Assembly (NCBI RefSeq): GCF_006345805.1
Contig: NC_043006.1
Location: 26,908,001-26,972,000 of the forward strand
Length of the DNA stretch: 64,000 nt
Source: Octopus sinensis
Taxonomy: Eukaryota
Direction: 5' to 3'
The translations under genes and the position numbers were made by a program. How positions within the stretch are numbered: position 1 is the stretch's first letter; each line of letters begins with the position of its first letter. The notes beneath the pieces are model-generated. The model did not search any database and was not told the DNA's origin. It saw nothing but the letters and a program-made list of their open reading frames with translations. This document shows, one piece after another, positions 27,533 through 38,973 of the stretch.

Positions 27533-28998
27533 CTTTCCTTTCACTTTAGAGTGAACATCTTTTTTCATTTTTAAAATGTCATCAGCATTAATCAAATCAG
27601 GTGTCTTTTCGCTGAAATTTTCTTTGTCCGTCTTCTCTGGAACATTTCTATGTGATTTTCTAGATCGGGATCTGACATTTTTTGTACTAATTTCCTGTTC
27701 TAATTTGCTAAGTTTTCCTTTACTTAATCTGGATTGTCTTTTCTCTTTTGTGATTTTAGTTGATGATAATTCAGAAAGCATTTTTTCATCTGAATTACAG
27801 CAGTCTGTTCCTGAATTGGTACTACCTGCTTTAACAGAAGAAGCTGATCGTGATCTATGTTTGGATGAACTAATTCTAGCATTTTCTGCAGTTGAGTTGG
27901 TCAAAGATTCTCTCCGTATATGACTGCTTGATCTGCCTCTCATCCTTAAGGGTACATTAGTGGAAACGTCATCATCTTGTAAAGCTTTTCTATAGCGCTC
28001 AAGAATGTCACTGACGTTACTTGATTGTTTTAATGAGGATACAGTTCCTTTTTCTAAATTTTCATTTGGTTTAGAATGCTTTTGTGCTCTGTCTTTGTGC
28101 AATTCATTCATTGTTGATTTGCTGTTGGAGTTAGAAAGTTCAGAAGTTTTCCCCTTGGGACTTTGAGAAGGACTTGAAATCACCATCTCGGAATCTTGCT
28201 TTAAACTATTTTTATTGGTTATTTTAGAATTTTCAGATTGTTTCATGCCTCCATCAGTCTTATCAGAACCAACCAATTCTAATCTCGTAGTAGTCTTTTG
28301 ACAATTTTTATTAATTTCTGGTGTAGCTTGTGGTTTTATAACACTTGTATCAAAACTTTCATCAACTTCTGCATAACTAACAACTTTTGACCGTGTTCTG
28401 CGGGTAAGAGTTCTCACAGGAACATTAGTTTCACATGTAGATATATGTTTGCTTTCATAGTCTTCATCATCATCATCATCTATTTTTTTCCTTGAACGTG
28501 ACTTTTTTCTAGCAACAGGCTGATCTTTAGTTAATGATTTCTTAGACTGTGAAAGTTTTATCTTTTCTTCATTGCACTCATTAGAAATTCTGGATACAGT
28601 TTGGTTATCATTAATAATTTTGTCTGAATTATCTTTGACATCAGTAATCTCTTCTTTTTTCTTCTCTTTTGCCATGGCAACTCGCTCACGATATTGACCA
28701 AGACTTTGGCATTTACCAAATGTAGAATCATTCAAAGAAACATTATAAATGCCTTCATCTTTTACGTCTTTCTTATTTAACAATTGAGGAGTTTTGTCAT
28801 GGAAATCAAACAAAGATTTTGGTTCTTCCCTGTCTTTTTTCTCTTCGTTAATTTTCTTTTTTGATCTGACATTGGGTGCAGATGGTCGAAGACCAGAAAA
28901 TTTTTTCCTTGTCGCGGAAAAAACAATCTTCCCAGGTTTTGGTAACCTTAACTCAATAACAGTTTTATTTTCATTATCATCAGTTTCTTTGCATTTAT
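27533..28998 (-). CDS. SGO: Shugoshin exon 6, large K/S/E-rich exon containing FDF-x3-TP, RRTRSKVVSYAE and a KEN box
   Basis: Acceptor ttttttttttctttttag, donor gtaaat, 1,466 nt open frame (includes ORF 27518-28813), phase 1 to 0. Confidence 0.9.
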
Positions 28999-29352
28999 CT
29001 AAAAAGAAAAAAAAAAGAAAGTTTCTTAATTCAAATTGAAAATGGACCAGTTTGTTTATTTTAATAGAGAAACAATAGGAGAAAATACAAACAAACTAAG
29101 TTACCTTGAAGTACTCAGTTTTCAATTTCATTACTTTGAAGCATAATATTTAATTACATCAAATTCATATAAGCATTTCCTCAAATAGATTCTGTAAATT
29201 TGTGACTGTAGACCTGCATTTTGTTTTGTAGCAGAAATTACGAATTACCATGTCAGTGAATGTTTTCACCTAAGCAGCATTTTTATATTTTGCATCCTTT
29301 CATTTCATTATAGAAAGGCAGTGAAACAAATTAGAAAAAAAGAAATACACAC

Positions 29353-30051
29353 CTCTTTCATCTTCCTTTTTATCCTTTGAGCTCTTTGACGATTTTTTGT
29401 TGCCTTTTGCTTTTACTTTATTAGGTGCTACTGTTGGTTTAACAAAAGTTTCTTTAGCAACAGTCGTATCTTTTTGTTTCTCCAGATTTATATCAGATGG
29501 ATGAACATCATTACCAGTTGGTAGATTTTGTGATGACTCATGCATTACGTCAGTGTTGTTTATTATTTCAGTCAATTCCATGTCAACTTCACCAGTTATT
29601 GTAACGTTGGGTATGGCATTATTTAAACCATTATCAGCATCATTAACTATTAAGGCTGTTTCTGCAGCTTTACCATTTGGCATTGATGCATCAGTACAAG
29701 GAATATGGTTAGAGTTATTTTTAACTACTTTATCCCTGTCAGCTGCATTTTCCAAATTAACTTCTTCTGCACAAGAATCTTTAATAACTGACGGTTCTAA
29801 AATATCCAATTGTTGGTGACGCTTTTTGTCAAGACCTGTAGCAGACAAGTGTAATGAAGAGCGGCGCCTTTTTCGGGTAGTTGGGAGATTTGAACCAAAA
29901 TCGATTTCATCCAGAGATTCCCGTCTAAATTGAATACTGGAACGTCTTTCTACATCAGGGCGACTTTTAGTAGCAATTTTAGGTTTTTCAATGGGGACGT
30001 TTAAATGATTTTCGTCAGCATTTTTACACAATTTTTCAGATTCCAATTCAA
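29353..30051 (-). CDS. SGO: Shugoshin exon 5, downstream copy (5A), 699 nt
   Basis: Acceptor tcattttttag, donor gtgtgt, open frame (ORF track 29300-30046). Phase 1-1 joins exon 6 in frame. Confidence 0.85.
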
Positions 30052-30557
30052 CTAAAAAATGAATAGGAAAAGAAAAGAATTAGGTTTTACCTTTATCATA
30101 GAAAACAAAATTATGAAAAATAATAATTTATTACTAGCTGGACCCATGAAAAATTCATGGAAAACATAAAAAATGTAAGCATGTGTAAATTGTGTGCTGG
30201 TGCCATGAGAAATGTTTCTATATTGTGACGGTTACAGAATATAGAAAGAAGTGTAAAACCGATAACTATATAATCCAACCAAAATATTTCAGTTATGCAA
30301 ACATAAACAGAATTACTGTTTAACCTTAAAATACATTGTACATATTCAAAGAACCTTTGTGGTTTAGTGGTATGGAACGTTCCTGTGATATTCTTTTGTT
30401 CCTTTACTTGTTTGTCATTTGATGGTGGCCATGCTGGAGCACTACTCTTTAGTTGAAGAAATCGACCCCTGGACTTAATATTCCCTGTAAGCCTGGTGCT
30501 TATTCCATCAGTCTCTTCTGCTGAACATCTAAGTTATGAGGACACAGACACACACAC

Positions 30558-30599
<42 letters not shown>

Positions 30600-30603
<4 letters not shown>

Positions 30604-31128
30604 ACGGGAACGAATAGCTTATTGCACTTTTTGGGTGCAGTTGGTGCAATCACTTTCCGTTGCTTTTAATATCCAGATTCTACCAGTCAGAAAACACAAG
30701 ACACAAACGTAAAAAATATATATACTTTATTCTCTTATCCACAGAACGAAATAAGTGGTGTATCTGGTATCCCTTGGTATGGATGTGTCAGAGCTGAACT
30801 TTATCGCTTGTAAGATTTTACAATGTTCAGCCGCTAAAAAACAGAACTAGTCAAAATGGCGTCCGGAGAGAGCGAAAAGACTACGTCTGCAACCTTCAGT
30901 CGCCGTGTCTCAAGTCACTGCCTACTGCTGCTATATCTCTCTGGACCCTTTTAAGGTTCACGCTCCCTTCGCCTAACAAGCCAAACGCCACGTCAGCAAA
31001 TTCCCTCTTCCGGTCTTTGCGCATGCGCGAGAGGGCTCTTCCCCTCTGCCTTGGTGAAAGCACCAACTCCGCACGCGCGAAACAGAAAAGGGCGGTGCGC
31101 GCGCACACCGTTGTATAGGATCACTACA
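30600..31128 (-). mobile_element. 3' LTR (LTR-A, 529 bp) of a minus-strand Ty3/Gypsy element
   Basis: TGTAGTGAT...CGTTACA termini. Polypurine tract ggggggggagc at 31131-31141. AATAAA at 30726-30731. Confidence 0.85.
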
Positions 31129-32200
31129 AAGCTCCCCCCCCAGTGCCTAAGCATGAACAATATTCCTTGTAGTGACTAATAAAAACTCAAGGTGGATACC
31201 AGATAACCAAAATAGCACACAATATAACAAAATGGCAGAATTTACAATATACACAAGAAAATTTACCAAAAGGAAAAAAGAGAAAAAATACTCAAAATGA
31301 GCAAAATCAAAGGTGCATGTGTGAATAAGAATAGCTTCCGGCCAACGTGAGAAATGATCGATAAAGTTAAATATATATGAGAACCCATTACTCACAGACC
31401 ATGGTCCAACCAAATCAAGGTGGACATGGCGAAAACGGGCTTCAGGAGAAGAAAACTGTCCAAGTGGAGCACGAACGTGTCCATGGACCTTAGCACTCTG
31501 GCACTTCAAACAAGAGCATGCCCAAGAGGTAATCGATCGTCGCATATTGGGCCAAAAGAACTGTGGCAGAGATACCTGGATGTGACAGTGAATGAAGAGC
31601 ATCAAACACAGAACGTTGATGTTTCTCAGGTACTAACGGTCTAGGAGAACCGGTGGATACGTCACAAAGTATAGAGCCTTCCGCTGAAAGGAGCAGAAGC
31701 TAGGCAAACTTACAGTTAATAAACCTAGGCGAAGTTAAATCCAACTCCTCTAAAGGTGGTTGATCCTGCGAAATAGCAGTTAAGTCAATTGCTGCAGGAG
31801 AGGAAATGGAATTGACAGATAGATCGCTAGTAACACAAAAGGCAGACAGTGCTTCAGCTGAAAGTGTAAGGTTAGCAAGGTGACAGTGCAAGCATGCTGG
31901 TGTGATGCGCGAGACAGATAATTTTCTCTGTTAATTACGTGACCAACAGGGGTCTAACAGGGAAAAAATTACGCCTAAACATGGGCGCAGTGCATGTGAA
32001 CATCCGACGTTCTTTGAGTCGGGAAAATAATTGAGCTGACGCAGACGTGTTGCAGAACAAGGCAGTACACGTGCAGAACAGAGGTGCATGAATGCAATAG
32101 GGCTTGCTAGACTGAAACACAGCAATGAATATGCCAGTGGTTAATGTAGTAAGGCTGAGGCTGCCAGCCAGTGCTTGAGCGATTATATGCCTCGGTCGTG
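31129..32200 (-). mobile_element. Internally deleted pol remnants (RT end, linker, integrase) of the minus-strand Gypsy element
   Basis: FFWPNMRR..C..CQ..HVHLDLVGP..FSRWPEA, SSPAAIDL..QDQPPL and LTLSAEALSAF match the plus-strand pol but are fused across deletions. Confidence 0.8.
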
Positions 32201-32422
32201 CAGGAACAAAAGTGTGACATGCTGGCGCGTTATAATGGACAAACAACTTTCTCTATGTATACGTGATCGACCTAGGGTCTTACAGAGATGAGTTGTGTCT
32301 ACAAAGGCAAATTGAGCATGGAAAAACAAGCGAGAAAGGCATGTGTGACGTATGAATGTGAGAGAGATAGATGTGTGTGTATTAACTATGTGTGTACGTG
32401 TGTGCGACAGAAGTACAAACAA

Positions 32423-32440
32423 GGTGACCCCGACGTGATT
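32423..32440 (+). promoter_or_regulatory. tRNA-Trp primer-binding site
   Basis: (a)GGTGACCCCGACGTGATT is complementary to the 3' end of eukaryotic tRNA-Trp. The first T of TGG is replaced by A. Confidence 0.8.
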
Positions 32441-33022
32441 CTGGTCTTAAACCAGAGATCACTTAACAACAAAAAAATCCAATGCGAGCAAAATAAAAAT
32501 ACACCGCATAGGAAAAAAAAGTCTCTCAGGGTATTTCAGACAAGATGGAGTTAATTTACCAGTCCGTAATAGCCTGATACATAATAGCAGTTCGTTCTGT
32601 AACAGAATGCTGAGATCACAAATGCAGATGCCGATTGAACACATGTCGTGTAGCGGTTGTGGCTTCAATGCTGTGACAGGTTAAATTGGTACAGAAGATC
32701 TCGCAGGTAGACTGTGCTGTTAATCCTGGTGTGTATACACTAACAGCGTGAAAGCTAAACTTCCGCGAGTTGCTATTTACATATTGTTGAGGTCGACGGT
32801 GTTGAAGGCGACAGTGACGGACTTGAGACACATTGTTGCTTAGTGTTGCTGGCGACGAAGATAACGACGACGTGAAGTCGAAAGACAACGATGGTGATGA
32901 CGACGGCAGAGAAAAGGCATCGATGATATGAAGGTGTCCGTGGTGTATGTTAGTGTCGTCATTATTGCTGTAAATAAGAGAGGCTCCTTTTATAACTGTT
33001 TGAGGGGACCGGAAACAAATCG

Positions 33023-33424
33023 TTGAAGGATGATGACTGTGCACAGTTGATCGTGTTCAGACTTGGCAGAAAAAACTGGATTTTTTTGTTCACAGCACTG
33101 GATTCTGTGTCTGTGGACCAGATCGCCACGATGGCCGACAAGGTGTTGGAGTTTTCGCGCCCATCTCCCTCGCGGGGCCTGTACGCATGTACAGGGCCCC
33201 CTCCGACGAACGATAAACTAGCCGAGAACATCTATGCGCTTACGCGGAGAATCGATGATCTATGCCGTGCGATCGGGCGCCTATCTCGCAGTCGTAGTCG
33301 CTCTATTTCCCGTAGTCGGAGTGACTATGTTTCTCGTTCCAGCTGGTGCTGGTACCATTCGAAGTATGCTGAAAAGGCAGATCGGTGTACCCAGCCGTGC
33401 ACTTTCAAGCCCTCAGAAAACTAA
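33023..33424 (+). CDS. gag: Gag C-terminal part with CHCC motif (CsRn1 clade)
   Basis: CWYHSKYAEKADRCTQPC is C-X2-H-X9-C-X3-C. RS-rich segment precedes it. The Gag N-terminus is absent. Confidence 0.85.
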   Translation: MKDDDCAQLIVFRLGRKNWIFLFTALDSVSVDQIATMADKVLEFSRPSPSRGLYACTGPPPTNDKLAENIYALTRRIDDLCRAIGRLSRSRSRSISRSRSDYVSRSSWCWYHSKYAEKADRCTQPCTFKPSEN

Positions 33425-36400
33425 ATCCGGAGGAGGTGAGCACGTCACCTTCTTCCATCTCGTTTCCCAAACATCGTGCATTCTTTGTAAAAGATCTGGT
33501 GTCGAAGAAATTCTTCATGGTGGACACCGGCTCCTGTTGCAGCATCTGGCCCCTTTGTCTGGCTGCAGACAAGCCCAAGCGCTCTTCGATTGTCTTGCAT
33601 GCTATTGACTCGTCTCCCATAACCACTTACAGTCAGATTTCGCTGCGCCTCGACCTCAACCTTCGTCGAGACTTTCAATGGGTTTTCGTCATAGCTGACA
33701 TCCCGCATCCTATTCTCGGCGCTGATTTCCTGGATAGGTTTAATCTATTGGTGGATGTCAGGCGTCGGAGGCTTCTTGATAGCACGACGTCGCTCTCTAC
33801 ACCAACTGAGAGTTCCACCACTGCGGTCCTTAGCCCGACATTCTTTGTTGCCACCTCTGGAGACCCTTTTCGCTCTCTTTTGGTTTCATTTCCGGAGCTA
33901 GTGGACATTGCCTTTAAACCGGAAAAGCCTACCCACTCGACCCTCCATTTCATCACCACCAATGGGCTACCTGTATTTTCACGACCACGGCGCCTTGCGC
34001 CAGACCGACTAAAAGCGGCCAGGGCCGAGTTTGAGCACATGCTTCAACTTGGCCTTATACGCCCCTCCACCAGCCCATGGGCATCTCCCCTTCATTTGGC
34101 GCGAAAGGGCGAGTCTGATTTTCACCCGGTTGGAGACTATCGACGCCTCAATGCCGTAACTATAGCCGACAGATACCCGATTAGAAATCTCCGGGACTTT
34201 ACGGCAAATCTCCATGGTTGTACCATTTTTTCGAAGGTCGACCTTATACGCGCGTACCATCAAATACCGGTCAACCCAGCCGACGTTCCGAAAACTGCGA
34301 TCACTACCCCCTTTGGGTGTTTTGAGTTTTTGTACATGAGTTTCGGTTTGCGGAATGCTACTAGCACTTTCCAGCGTTTCATTGATGAGGTTGTCCGTGG
34401 TCTTGATTTTGTGTTTGCCTATGTCGATGATATACTCATTGCGAGCGACACACGTAAAAATCATCTCCAGCACCTTTCTCAGCTTTTTCAGCGTCTTCGC
34501 GCTTATAGCATACGCATAAATCCCGACAAGTGTGTTTTCGGACGCTCTTCCCTAGATTTTCTAGGCCATCATATTGATTTGACTGGAATCAGCCCTCTCT
34601 CGTCAAAAGTCGATGCCATTCAACGCATCGCACCCCCCACTTCCCTGCGCCAGCTCAGGCATTATCTAGGGATGATCAATTTCTACCGACGTTTCATTCC
34701 CGGTTGTGCAGATAAGCTGCTACCTCTCACCAGGCTGTTAAAGGACTCTCCTAGAAAGGACAGTCAAGTCACCCTCTCTGTTGAGGCAGTGACAGCCTTT
34801 GAGTCCATTAAGAAGGAGCTGGCTTCTGTTTCTTTGCTTGCACATCCAGTTCCTGGTGCTTCTCTCTCTTTGACTGTGGACGCATCGGACACTGCGATTG
34901 GCGCTGTGTTACAACACAGTGGATGATCATATTCGACCTCTAGCTTTCTTTTCCCGTCAACTGCAACCAGCTGAACGACGATACAGCACCTTTGATCGTG
35001 AGCTCCTAGCGATCTATCTATCAATTCGTCATTTCCAGCATCAACTTGTAGGGCGAGATTTTGTGATCTATACGGATCACAAGCCCCTTACGTTTGCCCT
35101 GTTTTCAAAAACGGACAAACTCTCACCCCGTGCCTTTCGGCACCTGGATTCTATCTCTCAATTCACTAGCAACATTCGACACATACCTGGAAAAGAGAAC
35201 GTTCCTGCTGACGCTCTCTCTCGCCTTCCAGTTTGCGCCCTCTCGTCTCCGGCTGCTATCGACTTAGCTGCCATCTTGCAGGAGCAGCCACCTTTGGCGT
35301 CGTCAGACTTGACTTCTCCCAAGTTCTCCTGTTGCCAGTTTTCCTACCTTCCGCTTCCGTCAGCCGAAGGCACCATTCTTTGTGATACTTCCACTGGTTC
35401 TCCCAGGCCACTGGTGCCTGAGAACCATCAACGCTCAGTGTTTGAAGCACTGCACTCCTTATCACATCCTGGCATCGCTGCCACCCTTAAACTAATCACT
35501 GCTCGGTTTTTCTGGCCGAATATGCGTCGCACTATTACTTCTTGGACATGCACCTGCTCCAAGTGTCAACGATCCAAGATTCAACGGCACGTTCGTGCCC
35601 CGCTTGGTCAATTTCCCCCCATGGAGGCCCGTTTTCGCCATGTCCACATCAATCTGGTTGGACCATGGCCTGTGAGTCGCGGGTTCTCTTATCTGTTAAC
35701 TTGTGTCGATCGCTTCTCCCGCTGGCCAGAAGCCATTCCGATAGCAGACATTTCTGATGAGACTGTTGCGCGAGCTTTCGTTTCAAACTGGATTTCCCTC
35801 TTCGGAGTCCCGTCCCGATTAACAACTGATCGTGGACGTCAGTTTGAAGCCTCGCTATTTCGCGAATTGTCGCGAATTTTAGGTGTGCACCACATCCACA
35901 CTACAAGCTACCATACAGCGTCTAATGGATTAGTTGAGCGGTTCCATAGACAGCTCAAGGCCGCTCGTCGTGCCTCTTCAGACCCACAGTCCTGGATTGA
36001 ATTTCTGCCCATTGTGCTTCTCGGCTGTCGGACTGCTGTCGAGGCAGACCTGGGGTTTTCTGCTGCAGAGCTGCTGTATGGTACCACACTGGCATTGCCT
36101 GGTACGATGTTGGTGCCAGACACTTCCCAGCCCCATGATCCGGCGACCTATGTCACCAGACTACGTGCATATTTTTCGAACCTTCCACCCATGGTTCCCA
36201 GAAAGCAATCTCCACTGTCCCATCTTCCACCAGATATGAACACCTGGTCGCATGTTTTTGTTCGGGACGACTCTGTGAAGGGCCCACTTGTTTCTCCCTA
36301 CAAAGGACCTTTCCGTGTGCTTTCTCGCACACCAAAGGTTTTCACGATTGAGATAAATGGTCGTTCAGAGACCGTTTCCGTGGACCGTTTAAAGCAAGCA

Positions 36401-36703
36401 CATTTTGAGACGTCTTCATCTTTTGATGACAACCTTGACACACCCACCTATGCACCTTTAACAACACATTCACCTGCACAAACGCCTTCACCTGCACAAA
36501 CGCCTTCACCTGCACAGACACCTTCACCTGCACAGACGCCTTCACCTGCACAGACGCCTTCACCTGCACAGACGCCTTTGCCTTCACCGGCTCCTACAAC
36601 ACCACCCTCGCCGTCAACGGGTGCCCCGAGCACACCGTATGTTACAAAATCGGGCAGAACAGTGCATTGGCCCAAGAAACTTTCAAAGACAATCTACATT
36701 TAA
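33385..36703 (+). CDS. pol: Pol (protease, RT, RNase H, integrase) with a single frameshift near 34918
   Basis: MVDTGS protease; YVDD RT; DASD..IGAVL and YTDHKPL RNase H; HHCC zinc finger, DLVGP/TTDRGRQF/NGLVERFH integrase; GPF motif. ORFs 33385-34926 and 34898-36703. Confidence 0.95.
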
Positions 36704-36835
36704 CTTTCTTTCAAAAATTTTTCTTCTTGTATGATATTATGTACCAAGTCTTCTGGGGGATCGGCAAGCCTTCTGTTTTCTGCAGCACCACCACAAATTT
36801 TCTTGTTGTCGTACTTCGCACTCGGAGGGGAGCCT

Positions 36836-37240
36836 TATAGTGATGCTACTGTGTAGGGTTCAGCGCGCATGCGCAGAATGGGACTACTTCCGGGTGGCCA
36901 CCGGAAGTCTTCCCTCATGCGCATGTGCGGGAAACGTTCCCTCAAGCCCACCAAGCTCAAATCTTTCTCTCCGGCTCCACAGCTTGCCGCGATAGGACGT
37001 ACATTCAACGGCTCTGACAACCTCACTGATAGCCTCCATCGACCATCAACAAACTAACACGTAGCTGTATATCAGAGGCTGTCTTTCTCCCATCAGACAC
37101 GTACGACATCACAATAAATAAACGAACTGCTGTCTTTTTACCTTCAACCTGACTTCGTCTGTATTGTCTTATAAGATTATATGTGACTAGATCGGATATC
37201 GACACCTTTTCAGTGAATCGATAACAGATCCTTCGTTACA
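36836..37240 (+). mobile_element. 3' LTR (LTR-B, 405 bp) of the plus-strand CsRn1-clade element
   Basis: PPT ggaggggagc at 36824-36833. Starts TATAGTGAT (TG changed to TA), ends CGTTACA, contains AATAAA. Confidence 0.85.
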
Positions 37241-37385
37241 CCTTGTTTCCACACCTGAAACTTCTCCAGTTCTGATAGTGACTCAGCAATTAGAGCAAGG
37301 TCATCAGCATAGAGGAGCTCCTAGGGGCATCCTGTCTTGAATTCCTCCGTTATTGCCTGGAGGACTATGATAAATAGGAGAGGAC

Positions 37386-37433
<48 letters not shown>

Positions 37434-37444
37434 TATATATGTAC

Positions 37445-37475
<31 letters not shown>

Positions 37476-38615
37476 CATGCATATATATGTACCTTTTTCT
37501 TTCTCTATGCTACCCAAAAAAACATCGCCATTTTCCACCCGTTTCTCTTAAAGTACCTTCAATCCTTTAATTCGATCTTCACCATTCGCGGTGCCTTCAA
37601 ACCCAAAATTACCATTATTAGCCCCAACCAAACTTCCTTCTTCCCCAAACTCAGACTTCCGGTCAATCTATTTATATGCACCGTCTCTCCCCACTCCTAT
37701 CATTTCTTCTCCGATTCACAGCGATGTCTATAGCAAGCTAAGATTTCTCCCTTCTTTTTCATACATACATACATTTGCCTACCGTTTAAATGTTTTGAAC
37801 TTATACCACCAACAAGCTTTGCTTTCCTTTTTCTTTCTCTATGCTACCCCAAAAAACATCGCCATTTCCCGCCCGTTTCTCTAAAGTACCTTCAATCCTT
37901 TAATTCGATCTTCACCATTCGCGGTGCGCCCACCCTTTCCCACCCCCACCACCAATACCGGTGAACACTGTTCTCACTGTTCACACCATCTACACCGGAT
38001 ATGCCCTCCCCCACCACCATTATGTGTGTGTCTCTCCCTCCTACCACTCCTCCTCACATGCTTTCACTGTGTATTACCCCTCCACCACCACCAAGACAAG
38101 CAGCTAGCGCTGCAGCTCATCAACTGCCCCACCTATCCTACGTTTCCTCCTGTTATTGAATCTGTCACTGCCTCAACCGGCTATCTCCTTCCAGTCCCCT
38201 CCCCCACTCGTGATGTCCTACGTTTTATTTCCTACGAACCTGCATCAACCCTAGCTGTCATCGTTCCTCCTTACTCCAACCCTCCCCACTGGTGCTTCCC
38301 TATATTACCTGCACCCCCAAAAGCACCATCTGAACGTGGCCGATGCCAGCGCTGCCTTGGCTGGCTTCCGTGCCGCTGGCACGTTAAAAGCTCGAACCGA
38401 TCGTGACCGATGCCAGACCCACCCTGGCACCTGTGCAGGTGGCACGTAAAAAGCACCCACTACACTTGCGGAGTGGTTGGCGTTAGGAAGGGCATCCAGC
38501 TGTAGAAACTCTGCCAGATCAGACTGGAGCCCGGTGCAGCCTCCTGGCTTCCCAGACCCCGGTCAAACCGTCCAACCCGTGCTAGCGCGGAAAACGGACG
38601 TTAAACAATGATGAT

Positions 38616-38678
38616 ATGTGTGTGTGTATGTATATATATATATATACATGCATATATATGTACATATGTATGTGTGTG

Positions 38679-38719
<41 letters not shown>

Positions 38720-38776
38720 GCATATATATATATATATATATATACATGCATATATATGTACATATGTATGTGTGTG

Positions 38777-38813
<37 letters not shown>

Positions 38814-38885
38814 GCATATATATATATATATATATATATACATGCATATATATGTACATATGTATGTGTGTGTATGTATATATAT

Positions 38886-38944
<59 letters not shown>

Positions 38945-38973
38945 GCATATATATGTACATATGTGTGTGTATG
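38616..38973. repeat. Compound (TA)n/CATG/TGTG microsatellite array
   Basis: Visible directly. The same motif recurs at 37390-37490 and 41235-41380. Confidence 0.9.

Noticed and set aside
27576-27923. Plus-strand ORFs opposite exons 5 and 6 (also 28794-29039, 29553-29819, 45399-45662)
   Set aside because: Antisense shadows of the real minus-strand exons.
29105-29213. AG...GT-bounded segment between exons 5A and 6
   Set aside because: Contains an in-frame stop in the required phase, and exon 5A joins exon 6 directly in frame.
37241-37380. Local segmental duplication of 40692-40831
   Set aside because: More simply a separate copy of an abundant RTE family (4 differences in 140 bp) into which the LTR element inserted.
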